Assembly (NCBI GenBank): GCA_035561555.1
Contig: DATMXL010000205.1
Coordinates: 1-51,919 of the forward strand
Direction: 5' to 3'
Length of the DNA stretch: 51,919 nt
DNA from: Bellilinea sp.
GTDB taxonomy: Bacteria; Chloroflexota; Anaerolineae; Anaerolineales; Anaerolineaceae
Below, in pieces: positions 9,701 through 19,925 of this stretch. The notes below the pieces were generated by a model. That model made no database searches. It was given only the letters and a program-made list of their open reading frames with translations, and was not told the origin of the DNA. Numbering within the stretch: position 1 is the stretch's first letter; every line of letters starts with the position of its first letter. Position numbers and translations under genes: made by a program.

Positions 9701-9901
9701 GATTCGAGCTGATTTTTTGTAGCCTGTGTCTGCCCGTAGCCCCATGTCGTACATGCCGAACAAAATGCGCCTCTGAACAGGTTTAAGCCCATCCCTGGCA
9801 TCTGGCAGCGCTCGCGCCACAATGACGCTCATGGCATAATCCAGGTAGGCTTGCTGCATTTCCTGGTCGATATCGACGTTTTTTACCAGCCCAATTTCCA
9901 T
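6761..9901 (-). CDS. gyrA: Type IIA DNA topoisomerase subunit A (GyrA/ParC family) with Lys/Ala/Pro/Thr-rich C-terminal tail
   Basis: [29 protein letters not shown], catalytic [19 protein letters not shown], beta-pinwheel CTD repeats; start ATG 9901 after CAGGAG. May functionally be parC (see findings). Confidence 0.9.
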   Translation of the reverse strand: MEIGLVKNVDIDQEMQQAYLDYAMSVIVARALPDARDGLKPVQRRILFGMYDMGLRADTGYKKSARIVGEVLGKYHPHGDQSVYEAMARMAQDFSMRYALVDGQGNFGSVDGDPPAAMRYTEARLTPVAVDILSQLDRDTIDFTRNFDDSLNEPDVLPAAIPNLLVNGASGIAVGMATSIPPHNLAEVVEALNYLLERWETQEDVTVSDLMKFVKGPDFPTGGIILHENNGEDLLSAYATGRGKVTLRGKVHLEEMGRGKNRIIITELPYQINKSSLIERIAELAREGGLDGISDLRDESDRQGMRIVIELNKVAETENVLRGLYKRTPLQTTFRISLLALVAGEPHMLSLKQALRVYLEHRITVVRRRSEHDLAKAKARAHILDGLRIALDNLDEVINLIRKAQDVDDARTKLMKRYKLSELQANAILEMQLRRLAALERRKIELEYKEVQELIAELEGLLKSPRKLRQVVSDELKAMKTAYADRRRTQIVALTEGMEMKNLLTTTDMMPSLGVWVGVTANGIIGRTTGDVLPRWSGRNAPKWLYATTTHHTLYLAASDGRAAAIAVQSLPEVEKFSDGAPLHKALPFEDNPKLVQLFAAPTRLEENAEQFVVTVSRAGLVKKSSLRDLPGPSTQLFTLAKVNPGDEIGWAVLTDGKSEIMLATQRGMVIRFTEEDVRPMGLVAAGVNGIKLAAKDQVMGAARIVPEFDLLLVGRDGKAWRLPTAQLPVQGRYGQGAIACKPPPGGELVGMVYSHPGQEIIIEMKDGASRVETIGSIPAGRRQSTAKTLTAVKPGDQVTGLTVIEDGLAYWEKRQGVVQKKTRRVVAPEPHADQLALPLDGQPKRTRFAEKPPAAKAAPAKKTEKAGTPKSKAATAKSEDKPKTTRSASSPTIKKIAAKEPTVKTGVVAPPKSAAKPTATQTGETTAKTATTTVKVPKAVGKPAKIPAKPAAKTSAVVKKTTAVGKASASKPPTKSAATPTTKSKTKPLAKPSAKKPAETTRKPTVRKPTTGSTKPAAKKPAGGTARSTVKPAKTPLKKPGSETK
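6764..7350 (-). repeat. Low-complexity histone-H1-like coding repeat (PAAK/PAKK/KPT units)
   Basis: Translation [12 protein letters not shown]...[10 protein letters not shown]...[12 protein letters not shown]. Confidence 0.85.
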
Positions 9902-10045
9902 AATAAACTCCTGCCGCACTGCCGTGGCAATGGAAGATAGATTTATTCGCGCATAAGTTTATCACGCTTTAGCCGTCGAATTTCATTCACCGCCGCCGGC
10001 GGCCTCCGTCTCCAGGCTCCACGATCCAAATCCTTTATAGAGCAT

Positions 10046-10084
10046 AAAAAAAAAAATAGCTCCGAGGGTATGACCCTCGGAGCT
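10046..10084 (-). terminator. Rho-independent terminator of rpoC
   Basis: 12-bp stem AGCTCCGAGGGT/ACCCTCGGAGCT with 3-nt loop, followed on the minus strand by a T11 tract, 20 nt after the rpoC stop. Confidence 0.92.
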
Positions 10085-10104
10085 GATACTGCTGCTAAAG
10101 TAAC

Positions 10105-13100
10105 TTATGAACTGGTGATATTGGTGATCGAGATACGCGAGTTATCCTCAGCGAACTCACCGCTCTTGAAGCGGCCTTCCTGGAAGCCTGTACCGGCTGG
10201 AATCAGCTTGCCGATGATCACATTTTCCTTCAACCCAAACAACGGGTCTGCGGTCCCGGCAATGGCAGCCCCTGCCAGCACCTTGATGGTGTGCTGGAAC
10301 GAGGAAGCGGACAGGAACGAGTCAGTGCTCAGCGAAGCCTTCGTCACGCCCAGCAGGATTTCCACATAACGAGCGGGTTGTTTACCTTCCGCCAACATAA
10401 GTTCGTTGGCGCGGTGGATCTCCAGGCGGTCGACCAGATCCATTGGCAGGTAGTGTGTATCACCGGGACGAATGACCTGCACCCGGCCAAGCATCTTGCG
10501 GATGATGACCTCGAAATGCTTGTCATTGATATTCTGACCCTGAGCACGATACACTTTTTGGATCTCGCTCATCAGATACATCTGCGCGGCATCCCGCCCC
10601 TTGATACGCAGGATGGTATGCGGGTTGAGCGAACCCTCGGTCAACGGTTGACCGGCTTCAACATGCTCGCCTTCCTTGATCATGATACGGCTGGTGCTGG
10701 GGATTTCGTCCTCTTCAACCTCGCGCAGTTCGTATGAAACAACCGCCTTGCGTCCATCGATGCGCACCTTGCCGGTGTGTTGAGCTGTGATGGTTGCCTC
10801 GCCTTGCGTGGCGATCGGATCACCCAGAGAGACGGTAGTCTCATCTTTGGCAACGATTTCCCAGGATTCGGGAACTTCATACTCATCGCTGACCATTTCT
10901 GCGTGCTCTACCCGAACCACGCGCTGATCGGTGAACTTTTCGGATTGGATAATGTGCGCCACACCGGAAATTCGGGTGATGACCGCCTCGCCTTTCGGCA
11001 TGCGGCGAGCTTCGAACAACTCTTCAACGCGCGGCAGACCCGTGGTGATGTCACCACCGGCTGCCACACCACCGGTGTGGAAAGTACGCAGGGTTAACTG
11101 TGTACCCGGCTCGCCGATGGATTGTGCAGCCACGATACCGACAGCCGAACCTAGTTTGACCAATTCCCCACGACCAAGGTCCATGCCGTAGCAGTGCTGG
11201 CACACACCGTGTGACAGTTCGCAGGTCATTGGCGACCGGACTTTGACGTTTTCGAAGCCGGCATTCAGCAGCGTCTTGATGATAACGTGATCCAGCGTCA
11301 CATTTCGATCGGCCAGAATCTCGCCGGTTTGTGGATCGAGCATACGTTCGGCAGTCATCCGTCCGTACAGGCGGACGCTCAGCGGTTGACCGGCGACATC
11401 ATCGGCCTTCTTGATCCAGATACCCTCGGGGGTTCCGCAGTCCTCTTCATTAATGATCATGTCCTGCGCGATATCCACCAGGCGGCGGGTCAGATAACCG
11501 GCATCCGCTGTACGCAGCGCGGTATCAGCCAGACCTTTACGTGCACCGTGCGTGGAGATAAAGTATTCCAGAGCAGTCAAGCCTTCACGGAAGTTGGACT
11601 GAATCGGCAGGCGAATAATACGTCCGGCCGGGTCAGCCATCAAACCGCGCATGCCTGCCAGCTGAGAAATCGGACCGAAACCGCCCTTGGTCGCGCCAGA
11701 GTTGGCCATGGTTGACAAGTTTCCGTTGGGGTCCATTCCGCGGCGAACAGCATCGCCTACGTCTTTGGTTGTCTGCTGCCAGATTTCAATCTCGCGTTCG
11801 TTGCGTTCCTGCTCAGTCAACAAACCGCGGCGATATGAGCGTTGAACAGCCTCGATGCCTTCATTAGCCTTAGCCAAAATTTCTGGTTTGTCGCTGGGCA
11901 TGGTGATGTCAGCCACCGCGATGGTCGAACCGGAGCGCATGGCGTATTCGAAGCCAATGTCCTTGACTGCATCCGCCGTCTCGGTGGTAATTTTTTCACC
12001 GCAAATGTCATAGACACTGGCAATCAGATCTTTCACACCACCCTTATCGAGTGGCATGTTCTGGAACCGCATTTGTTCTGGCAAAATATAGTTGAATAAC
12101 ACCCGGCCAACCGTGGTTTTGATCATCATTTTTTTGGCTTCGGGTAAACGGTTGTTATTTTCGTCGTAGTAGGACTCGACGACAACCTGGATGCGGGCAT
12201 GAATGTCCAACTGGCCGAGCTGATAAGCCAGATTAACTTCGTCAATGCTGGCAAACAACCGGTCGTTGCCGCGGTGATCCAGGTTATCGATCATGGTCAG
12301 GTAGTAAACACCCAATACCATGTCTTTGGAAGGGCTGATGATCGGCTCGCCATCGGCTGGTTTGAGCAGATTCCGCGAGGAAAGCATCAGGTTGTTGGCT
12401 TCCCAGACCGCTTTTTCCGAGAGAGGGACATGCACAGCCATCTGGTCGCCGTCGAAGTCTGCATTGAAGGCAGTGGTCACCAGTGGATGCAACTGAATAG
12501 CCGAGCCTTCAATCAGAATCGGTTTGAAAGCCTGGATACCCAATCGGTGCAGGGTTGGTGCACGGTTGAGTAATACCGGACGCTCTTTGATGACCTCCTC
12601 GAGCACTTCCCAAACTTCGGGACGGTTGCGCTCAATGAAGCGGCGCGCGCCTTTGACGTTGGCAGCATAGGAGTGATATACCAGTTTGGCAATGACAAAC
12701 GGGCGGAACAATTCCAGCGCCATGGCTTTAGGTAAACCGCATTCATATAACTTCAAGGTCGGTCCAACAACGATAACTGAACGACCGGAGTAATCCACCC
12801 GTTTACCCAGCAGATTGCGGCGGAAACGCCCTTTCTTGCCCTTGAGCATGTCGCTCAGAGATTTAAGTTCGCGGCGGCCGCGGCGGGAAAGCGCTTTACC
12901 GCGCTGTGAGTTGTCGATCAGAGAGTCAACCGCTTCCTGGAGCATGCGCTTTTCATTACGCACGATGACGTCCGGGGCACCCAGTTCCAGCAGCCGTTTG
13001 AGCCGGTTGTTGCGATTGATGACTCGGCGGTACAGGTCATTGAGGTCAGAGGTGGCAAAACGACCGCCGTCAAGCTGCACCATGGGGCGCAGATCGGGCG

Positions 13101-14337
13101 GAATGACCGGTAAAACCGTCATAATCATCCACTCGGGGCGGTTATTGGAGCGGCGGAAAGCCTCCACCACCTTCAGACGCGTGGTTGCCTTCTTGCGTTT
13201 CTGCTTGCTCTTGGAGGTCTTGACCTCATGCCAGAGATCTTCGGCTAATTTTTCCAGGTCGAGCCGGCGCAGGACGTCATAGAAAGCTTCAGCACCCATA
13301 TCTGCCCGGAAAACATTACCCCAACGCTGTTTGAGCTCGCGGTAGCGGTTTTCGGTTAGGAAGGTAAACGGACGCAGCTCCTGCAGTTCGTCGCGCTGGC
13401 GTGAGTTGTTGTTCTGCGATACATTGGATTGATCTTCCAACGTGCTGCGCAAGCCTTCCATTTCGATGTCGGCCTGTGCACGGATCTCCTCGATCTGCAT
13501 CTTGATCACTTCCAGATCGCGCTGAAGTTGATCCTTGAATTCGCCTTCCAATTCGTCCAGACGTTCTTTGACTACCTTTTGAACGCGCGAAATTTGTTGC
13601 GTGGAAATGGTCTCTCCAGCAGCGGCAATTTCAACGCTGGCCGAATTGAACACAATAGCTTTAATCGTCGGGCTGCCTACTTTTTCCTGCAACGTGCGTT
13701 CCAGAGACTGGCCTTCCTGAATGACCGGCTCGAGCTTCGAAGCAATCTGCTCGTCGCGGCGGGCTTCCATGTCCAGTTTCCGCTGATTCAGTTCGCCGAT
13801 CTTGCGGTCGCGGCTCTGCTTGACTTCCAGAATGCGGGCATTGATCTGCTGGGCCTGTTCGCGTTCGGACAGGTTGATTTCGTCGTCCAGCCGTTTCAGA
13901 GCCTTCTGGCGGGCGTCCTCGTCCACATAGGTGACAATGTACTGCGCAAAATACAACACCCGATCCAGGTTGCGGCGGGAAATGTCCAGCAGCAAACCCA
14001 GATAGGAAGGAACGCGGCGTGTATACCAGATATGTGCCACCGGAGTCGCCAGGTCAATGTGACCCATGCGCTCGCGGCGGACAGATGAACGGGTAACCTC
14101 GACGCCACATTTATCGCAAATAATGCCTTTGTAGCGCGGGTTCTTATACTTTCCGCAATAGCACTGATAATCGCGGGTAGGGCCAAAAATCGCCTCGTCG
14201 AACAGGCCATCTTTTTCCGGACGCAGGCGCCGGTAGTTAATTGTTTCTGGTTTTAGAACTTCACCATACGACCATGAACGTATCGTATCTGGCGAGGCCA
14301 GGCTGATACGAAGTGCAACCAAACTTTTCGTTTCCAC
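10105..14337 (-). CDS. rpoC: DNA-directed RNA polymerase subunit beta'
   Basis: Zn ribbon CYCGKY...CDKCGVEV, catalytic NADFDGDQM, bridge helix, trigger loop [24 protein letters not shown]; GTG start after GAGGAGG. Confidence 0.99.
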   Translation of the reverse strand: METKSLVALRISLASPDTIRSWSYGEVLKPETINYRRLRPEKDGLFDEAIFGPTRDYQCYCGKYKNPRYKGIICDKCGVEVTRSSVRRERMGHIDLATPVAHIWYTRRVPSYLGLLLDISRRNLDRVLYFAQYIVTYVDEDARQKALKRLDDEINLSEREQAQQINARILEVKQSRDRKIGELNQRKLDMEARRDEQIASKLEPVIQEGQSLERTLQEKVGSPTIKAIVFNSASVEIAAAGETISTQQISRVQKVVKERLDELEGEFKDQLQRDLEVIKMQIEEIRAQADIEMEGLRSTLEDQSNVSQNNNSRQRDELQELRPFTFLTENRYRELKQRWGNVFRADMGAEAFYDVLRRLDLEKLAEDLWHEVKTSKSKQKRKKATTRLKVVEAFRRSNNRPEWMIMTVLPVIPPDLRPMVQLDGGRFATSDLNDLYRRVINRNNRLKRLLELGAPDVIVRNEKRMLQEAVDSLIDNSQRGKALSRRGRRELKSLSDMLKGKKGRFRRNLLGKRVDYSGRSVIVVGPTLKLYECGLPKAMALELFRPFVIAKLVYHSYAANVKGARRFIERNRPEVWEVLEEVIKERPVLLNRAPTLHRLGIQAFKPILIEGSAIQLHPLVTTAFNADFDGDQMAVHVPLSEKAVWEANNLMLSSRNLLKPADGEPIISPSKDMVLGVYYLTMIDNLDHRGNDRLFASIDEVNLAYQLGQLDIHARIQVVVESYYDENNNRLPEAKKMMIKTTVGRVLFNYILPEQMRFQNMPLDKGGVKDLIASVYDICGEKITTETADAVKDIGFEYAMRSGSTIAVADITMPSDKPEILAKANEGIEAVQRSYRRGLLTEQERNEREIEIWQQTTKDVGDAVRRGMDPNGNLSTMANSGATKGGFGPISQLAGMRGLMADPAGRIIRLPIQSNFREGLTALEYFISTHGARKGLADTALRTADAGYLTRRLVDIAQDMIINEEDCGTPEGIWIKKADDVAGQPLSVRLYGRMTAERMLDPQTGEILADRNVTLDHVIIKTLLNAGFENVKVRSPMTCELSHGVCQHCYGMDLGRGELVKLGSAVGIVAAQSIGEPGTQLTLRTFHTGGVAAGGDITTGLPRVEELFEARRMPKGEAVITRISGVAHIIQSEKFTDQRVVRVEHAEMVSDEYEVPESWEIVAKDETTVSLGDPIATQGEATITAQHTGKVRIDGRKAVVSYELREVEEDEIPSTSRIMIKEGEHVEAGQPLTEGSLNPHTILRIKGRDAAQMYLMSEIQKVYRAQGQNINDKHFEVIIRKMLGRVQVIRPGDTHYLPMDLVDRLEIHRANELMLAEGKQPARYVEILLGVTKASLSTDSFLSASSFQHTIKVLAGAAIAGTADPLFGLKENVIIGKLIPAGTGFQEGRFKSGEFAEDNSRISITNITSS

Positions 14338-14452
14338 TAATATGCCTCCTCAGACAGCACCCGGGGGGTTTAAATGATCAGCGACGCTGGTGAAATCTCT
14401 CTCAGCGTTTAATTTGTTTTAGAAGGCTCCCAGGACACACATGCAAACTTGA

Positions 14453-14480
14453 ATTGTACCACAAGAGATTAATACTTCAA
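14453..14480 (-). promoter_or_regulatory. Candidate rpoC promoter
   Basis: Minus strand TTGAAG, 16 nt, TACAAT with extended -10 TG (TGgTACAAT), about 115 nt upstream of the GTG. Confidence 0.55.
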
Positions 14481-14626
14481 GTGATTTTTCGACCAATTTT
14501 GATCAATATTCTGTTTTCTCGGTCCTTGCGCGATATTTGAACCGTTATTAATGAAGCCGTGAATTTTTATTATACCCCCATTTTTACTATTTATGACAGA
14601 TGACTCTGCCTTTCCGTGTCACATTC

Positions 14627-15700
14627 TCAATTTTGATCAGCTGAAGTCAATCCCAGATCGTTGCCGGCAGCATCAATGAATCGGAATTCACGAAATCGAA
14701 TATCCGTTGCGATTGGGAAACGCCCTACCGAGAAATGGTATTCGCCATCCGATAGCACCGGGTATTGTTCGTCACCGACTTGCATGGCCGCCACGAGTTG
14801 GTTGCTGCGTGCCACGACAAAGAAATCTGAATACTCACCGACCAGCCAATTTCCAGAGACAACAAATTCATCCTGCTGCAAGGTCAATCCGCTGTATCCG
14901 TAGACGGGTGCGAAACGCTTAATTGGCACCTGCCGGTACTCTACGAGATTCATGCCGCCGTCACCGCTCTCCGTAAGCAGAATCAGATACCGTCCATAAT
15001 TCGCCTTGGCTACCAGGCGTTGACCCTGCGACGGCAAAGAATCGAGGATCTGTTCTGTAGTATGCGCATTTTCCAGGTATCCGGCAGTAAATACCGCTCC
15101 GAACAGTAGGATGACCACAACCACGTACCCTTTGAAGTAGCCACTGGTCCCAACCTGAGGTCGGTTGGTGATGCGGTCCACGGCACGCCGTAACCCAGGG
15201 ATCACCAATAGCAGGCTGAAAATCACAAATGCCAGAAAGACACCCAGGACGTTCAGAATCAGGTCATCGATGTCGAATACCCTGTAAGCCAGCAGGAGTT
15301 GTGCGGCTTCGATCCCCAGGGTTACCAGGAATCCTGTGCCAAGCACCGCGCCCAATCTCCGGTAGCGCCGGTGTAAAACCGGTAGAAAAATCCCCAGAGG
15401 TGCCAGCAGGAACAGATTACCCAACAAGTTTCGTTTGACTCCCGGCGCATCCAGATATCTCAGATACCGCAAAGCCTCTGATAATGGCACCAGATTTGCG
15501 CCGCTGAAGTCAAAATCGAACAGAACAATATTCAACGGCGCCAGCGTCAAGAGGAAGACCGCCCAGCCGTAAAAGTAAAAAAGGTTGATGACGACTTCGC
15601 GCGCCCAAAACACGCCTGCTTTTTTATTTGCCAGCAGGCGGTAGCCAACCCAGGCAGCCAGGCTGACGAAGAAAATAATCTCGCTGTTGACAGAAAACAA
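14627..15700 (-). CDS. VanZ family membrane protein with C-terminal extracytoplasmic domain
   Basis: NLVPL, NLLGNLFLLAPLG, IEAAQ, RVFDIDDLILNVLG VanZ motifs; TTG start uncertain. Confidence 0.8.
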   Translation of the reverse strand: MFSVNSEIIFFVSLAAWVGYRLLANKKAGVFWAREVVINLFYFYGWAVFLLTLAPLNIVLFDFDFSGANLVPLSEALRYLRYLDAPGVKRNLLGNLFLLAPLGIFLPVLHRRYRRLGAVLGTGFLVTLGIEAAQLLLAYRVFDIDDLILNVLGVFLAFVIFSLLLVIPGLRRAVDRITNRPQVGTSGYFKGYVVVVILLFGAVFTAGYLENAHTTEQILDSLPSQGQRLVAKANYGRYLILLTESGDGGMNLVEYRQVPIKRFAPVYGYSGLTLQQDEFVVSGNWLVGEYSDFFVVARSNQLVAAMQVGDEQYPVLSDGEYHFSVGRFPIATDIRFREFRFIDAAGNDLGLTSADQN

Positions 15701-15706
15701 GGGTTT

Positions 15707-18700
15707 CTAGTTTTTCCCGCGCGGCATCCCCACCAGGGGGTTAACCGCGGATTGTTGATTAAGTGGAATTTCGAGGGTAAATTGGCTTCCCTTTCCAAGC
15801 TGGCTCTCAACCAGCACCTGCCCGCCATGCCGTTCGGCAATGTTTTTAACGATCGCCAGGCCCAACCCGGTACCGCGCTGCTCGTGCGCTTCACGCCGCC
15901 CGCTGCGATAGAACTTTTCGAACAGCCGCGGCAGGTCAAGCGGTGCGATACCAATGCCCGAGTCGCGCACCGTGAAGGCCAATTTGTCCCCTTGAACCGC
16001 CACGCTCACGAATACTTCCCCGCCGACTTTGGTGTACTTAATGGCGTTATCCACCAGATTAATCAACGCCTGCTGCACCAGAGCCACATCGGCACTGACC
16101 TCAACGGGTTCTTCTCCTGCCACCCGGGTGAAGAGCAGCATGATTTTCTTCTGATTGGCTTGCGGCGTTAATTGAGCGATAACCTGTTCGACCATGGCAT
16201 CTGGATTCAGTTTGCCCAGTTTGAGCTTGATGCCCGACTCAAGGCGTCCCAAATCCAGCAGGTTATTGACCAACCGGCTCATATCCTCTACGCCGAGCAC
16301 CATCTTGGCAACATAGCTTTTTTGTTGGTCGTTCAGCTCACCCACCATTGGAATCATGGTGGTATAGCCGCGCATCAATGCCAGAGGTGAGCGTAAGTCA
16401 TGGCTGACCGTCGCCACGAAGTCGGATTTCACAGAATCCAATTCTTTATAGTGAGAGACATCCCGTAGCACGGCTACTTTCCCCAATCGTTGATTCTCTC
16501 CCATCACCGGCGCCACAGCTGCATGGTAGATCTTGCCGTTGGAAAGTTTGATCTCGCGCGTGGCGATGCGCTGCTCCATGGGTCCGCTGAGCAGGCTGGC
16601 TAACTCCGGCGAGGTGACCACGTCCCTGGCCTGTTGACCCACCGTCGGTGTGGTGATTAATCCGGAAACCTGCATGGCTGCCGGATTGAGCAGCAGTAAG
16701 CGGTCCTGATCATCAAACACCATGATCGGCTCCGGGTTGGAGGTCAAGACGGCTTCCAAGCGGCGCCGGCCAATTTCCGCCGAGGCGTACAGCCGCGCAT
16801 TGGCAGCGGCTACCGCAGCCTCGCCTGCCAGGGTGGACAGGAACCGCACTTCCTCATCGCTAAACCGCCGCGGTTTGGGATAACCCACCCATAATGCGCC
16901 GTAATAAGTATTTTCATGGTACAGCGGTAATGAAATCAGCGCTGCCGGGTGCATTTGATAATTCAGCGAGGATAGACGGCGAACGCGGGTAGTATTTTGG
17001 ATCGTGAGGACGTCTTGAGTCCGCATCAGGTCAAACACCTGGCTATCCAGATGAGCAAACTGCTGTGCGTCAGGACCAGCGCCGATAGCTACCAGCTTGT
17101 CACCAGCTATATCCATGCGCACATCTTGGATCAACACTGCCCGCGCAGAGACAGCATCTTCACTTAACGCGGCTTCCAGAATGGGTTGGATAGCCTCTTC
17201 AATATCCAATTTTGCCGCCACGCCTTGACTGACAGTCAGCAGTTTGTTCAACTCATCCAGGCGCGCTTTCAAGCTCTGACGCATTTGTTCGAAGGATTTG
17301 CCGAGGGTCCCAATCTCATCCACACCGGTAACCGGAGCAGTTGAAGTCAGTTGACCTTGCGAAATTAAAGTTGCCTGCCCCGCCAATGCCTTTAATGACG
17401 CGATAACCGAGCCAAGCGCAAAGCGCAGCAGGAGGTAGGCCAGCAGGGTGAACAAACCCAAAATCGCTAAGAGCGGCACAGCTATTTCCAACGAAGTTTG
17501 CTGGGCTACGCGCGCTGGCATGGTTGCCACCACTGCCCATGGTCGCCCCACGACCGGTTGGTAATACACCATCTGACGAGTCCCTGTGGCCGAAAGGTCA
17601 TCGAAAAATTGAGGTTCGCCGTTCACCTGGTCGGCATACACATCCGCACCGGTCAGCCCGGTCGAATCTACAGTTTTGAAGAGAACCTGCCCGTTCTCAT
17701 CCAGGATGTAACCCTCGCCCCCATCCTCACCGAGCGAGGTCAAGGCAGTCAAGGCCGGTTGGGTGAAGGGATTAATCTTCAGGTCAGCCCGGCCGAGCAG
17801 GACACCCCGTGCCGTTCCTGTCTGGTCCAGAATAGCGGCAATGAAGGAAATGTTACCGCCGGTTTCAATTGAAGCCGGTGGAACGGTGTAAATCTGGATG
17901 CGGATACCTTTATTAGCCAGACCAATTGCCAGCTCTTCTTCATCCGTCAGGTCGGAGTAGGAAAAATTGGTCTGTGGGTAACTTCCCTGAATTTCTCCGT
18001 CCACATTGAACAAAGCCAGTTGGTGAAAATAAGACACTGCCCGAATGTTGTCGGCCAATTGATCCGGCACCGAGTCGACCGGAGCGTCAATCAATTCTGT
18101 GGTCGCCATATTGAGGATCAGGGACTGCCCGGCCTCCAGAAAATAAGGCACGCTCTCCGCTGCCATGCGGGTTGTATTCCCCAGCCGTGCTTCGATCATT
18201 TGACGCGCCGCTAACCCTGCCACCAACCAGTCTGCCAGAGTCAGCACCATGACCAAGATCAGCACCATCGGCAAAGTGATGGTCATGAAACGCGTTTGCA
18301 GGCTGGACTCAGCTGGAGAAGGCACCATCTGTGCCGGACGCGGCCAAAGACCGGGTACAGCCCAATACACCAGTTGTGCGAAGAGCCCGGCGGCTATCAG
18401 CGGAATGATTTTTACAAATATCTGCAGCCAATATTGCGCCAACGCATAATCCAGGCGTTCAGCCAGCGTTCCCGGTATGCTCAGAAAGGCCACGATAATA
18501 AAGATCGGGATGTAGGCCAGCGACACCAGCACCGCGGTCGGGAAGGGGTTGCGCAAAACCCGGTAAAACACAGTTCGGTAATTTTGGCGGACGGCTGCGC
18601 CAAATATCAAGCCCAGGCCGGCTGTCTCCAGGGGAGTGAACAGGTTATGGGTGACGAAAGCCGCCATCACTGCACCGCTGAACAACCCCACCAAACCTCC

Positions 18701-19036
18701 GCTGGTTGGTCCAGCCATACCCCCTGCTAAAACCCAGGGTAAGGCAAACAACAAGAACACCAGCGGTTCCCCGCCTTCAATAGGCAAGTTCGGGATTGGC
18801 AGTGAGACCTGAGTCGGAAGATAAAAATTAAGGAATGCCAGCGTCAACGGTGTGCTGACGATGAAGAATATGGTAATTCCCCACTGCTGTAGCGGGTAGC
18901 CGATGGAAAACTCGCGCCAGCGGGTAAAGCCCCACACCAGAAATCCTGCCAGCACAAATAATCCGATCCAGCTGCTTACCTGAAAAGGTAGATCGATATA
19001 CGGCTGCGAGGCGAATGGGTTAAATTCGATCAGCAT
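15707..19036 (-). CDS. Multi-domain sensor histidine kinase (multi-TM, Cache-like, HAMP, GAF, PAS, HisKA, HATPase)
   Basis: H-box VSHDLRSPL, N-box NLVDNAIKYT, G1 DSGIGI, F-box LFEKFYR, G2 GTGLGLAI; HAMP DEIGTLGKSFEQM; GAF end FSDEEVRFLSTLAGEAAVAAANARLY. Confidence 0.93.
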   Translation of the reverse strand: MLIEFNPFASQPYIDLPFQVSSWIGLFVLAGFLVWGFTRWREFSIGYPLQQWGITIFFIVSTPLTLAFLNFYLPTQVSLPIPNLPIEGGEPLVFLLFALPWVLAGGMAGPTSGGLVGLFSGAVMAAFVTHNLFTPLETAGLGLIFGAAVRQNYRTVFYRVLRNPFPTAVLVSLAYIPIFIIVAFLSIPGTLAERLDYALAQYWLQIFVKIIPLIAAGLFAQLVYWAVPGLWPRPAQMVPSPAESSLQTRFMTITLPMVLILVMVLTLADWLVAGLAARQMIEARLGNTTRMAAESVPYFLEAGQSLILNMATTELIDAPVDSVPDQLADNIRAVSYFHQLALFNVDGEIQGSYPQTNFSYSDLTDEEELAIGLANKGIRIQIYTVPPASIETGGNISFIAAILDQTGTARGVLLGRADLKINPFTQPALTALTSLGEDGGEGYILDENGQVLFKTVDSTGLTGADVYADQVNGEPQFFDDLSATGTRQMVYYQPVVGRPWAVVATMPARVAQQTSLEIAVPLLAILGLFTLLAYLLLRFALGSVIASLKALAGQATLISQGQLTSTAPVTGVDEIGTLGKSFEQMRQSLKARLDELNKLLTVSQGVAAKLDIEEAIQPILEAALSEDAVSARAVLIQDVRMDIAGDKLVAIGAGPDAQQFAHLDSQVFDLMRTQDVLTIQNTTRVRRLSSLNYQMHPAALISLPLYHENTYYGALWVGYPKPRRFSDEEVRFLSTLAGEAAVAAANARLYASAEIGRRRLEAVLTSNPEPIMVFDDQDRLLLLNPAAMQVSGLITTPTVGQQARDVVTSPELASLLSGPMEQRIATREIKLSNGKIYHAAVAPVMGENQRLGKVAVLRDVSHYKELDSVKSDFVATVSHDLRSPLALMRGYTTMIPMVGELNDQQKSYVAKMVLGVEDMSRLVNNLLDLGRLESGIKLKLGKLNPDAMVEQVIAQLTPQANQKKIMLLFTRVAGEEPVEVSADVALVQQALINLVDNAIKYTKVGGEVFVSVAVQGDKLAFTVRDSGIGIAPLDLPRLFEKFYRSGRREAHEQRGTGLGLAIVKNIAERHGGQVLVESQLGKGSQFTLEIPLNQQSAVNPLVGMPRGKN

Positions 19037-19066
19037 GGGTTTTCACCGCTAATCAGCGATGACAAA

Positions 19067-19075
19067 ATTATAGCA
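19067..19075 (-). promoter_or_regulatory. Extended -10 promoter element upstream of the histidine kinase
   Basis: TGcTATAAT on the minus strand 30 nt upstream of ATG 19036; a TTGACA lies 20 nt upstream of the hexamer (spacing too long for a canonical -35). Confidence 0.5.
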
Positions 19076-19221
19076 TTCTCAACCCGGGTAGCTGTCAATT
19101 TGGGTACACGAAATGAAGCCACGCTGGATTGAGTCGTGAACTTGCGACAATAAGGCGGTAATAACGTATCCTGGCTTGTTTTCCATAATCCTTCCCCCTT
19201 GGCGCATCGTCTACAGATTTA

Positions 19222-19899
19222 CTACTTCTCAATCAACTCAAGCGCCTGCGCCACAACTTGATCGATGCTCAATCCATCCGAGTCGAGGATGACCGCGTCA
19301 GCTGCCGGCCTGAGCGGTGCGTGTTTCCTGCCAGAGTCATACGCATCACGCCTTCTCAAAGCTGCCAGCATAGATGTGTAATCTGCACTTTCGCCGCGCG
19401 TTGTGACCTCGCGGTACCGCCGGCGTGCGCGCTCCTCCACCGATGCAATCAGATAAATTTTCAATCCTGCCTCAGGGAAGACCACTGTACCAATATCCCG
19501 GCCGACCATCACCACCCCACCGCGCTGACCAATGCGTCGCTGCTGCTGGGTCATCGCCTCGCGCACCCGCGGGTAAGCCGACACCTGCGAGACGTTGGCA
19601 TCTACTTCCGGGGAACGCACCTCCCAGGTAACATCCTTGCCGTCAATGCACACGTCCGCGCTGCGGCCGTCAGCGATGGAAGGTGGCCGTACGTCGATCA
19701 CGATCTGCTTTGCCAGCACAGAGACATCATCCTCTTCATCGACCCGTCCGTATTTTTCCAAAGCCGCCCAGGTGACCGCGCGGTACATCAGGCCTGTGTC
19801 TAAGTATAAATAACCGATGCGTTGTGCGAGCCGCTCGCCCAGGGTCGATTTTCCCGAAGCAGCTGGTCCGTCAATTGCGATGATACTCGGTTTCACCAT
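19222..19899 (-). CDS. cmk: Cytidylate kinase
   Basis: IAIDGPAASGKST, LDTGLMYRA, GRDIGTVVFP, ERARRR, RDAYD motifs. Confidence 0.97.
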   Translation of the reverse strand: MVKPSIIAIDGPAASGKSTLGERLAQRIGYLYLDTGLMYRAVTWAALEKYGRVDEEDDVSVLAKQIVIDVRPPSIADGRSADVCIDGKDVTWEVRSPEVDANVSQVSAYPRVREAMTQQQRRIGQRGGVVMVGRDIGTVVFPEAGLKIYLIASVEERARRRYREVTTRGESADYTSMLAALRRRDAYDSGRKHAPLRPAADAVILDSDGLSIDQVVAQALELIEK

Positions 19900-19925
19900 T
19901 CAATAATTCCAATCTAAGATTAAAT

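Noticed and set aside
10046-10056. A11 homopolymer as a phase-variation tract
   Set aside because: It is the U-tract of the rpoC terminator on the minus strand.
13378-13920. Possible intein in rpoC
   Set aside because: No Cys/Ser start, His-Asn end or LAGLIDADG motif; composition is coiled-coil.
14627-15700. VanZ (and SanA at 4196-4855) as glycopeptide resistance determinants
   Set aside because: Both families are widespread envelope proteins; no vanHAX/vanRS genes in the window.
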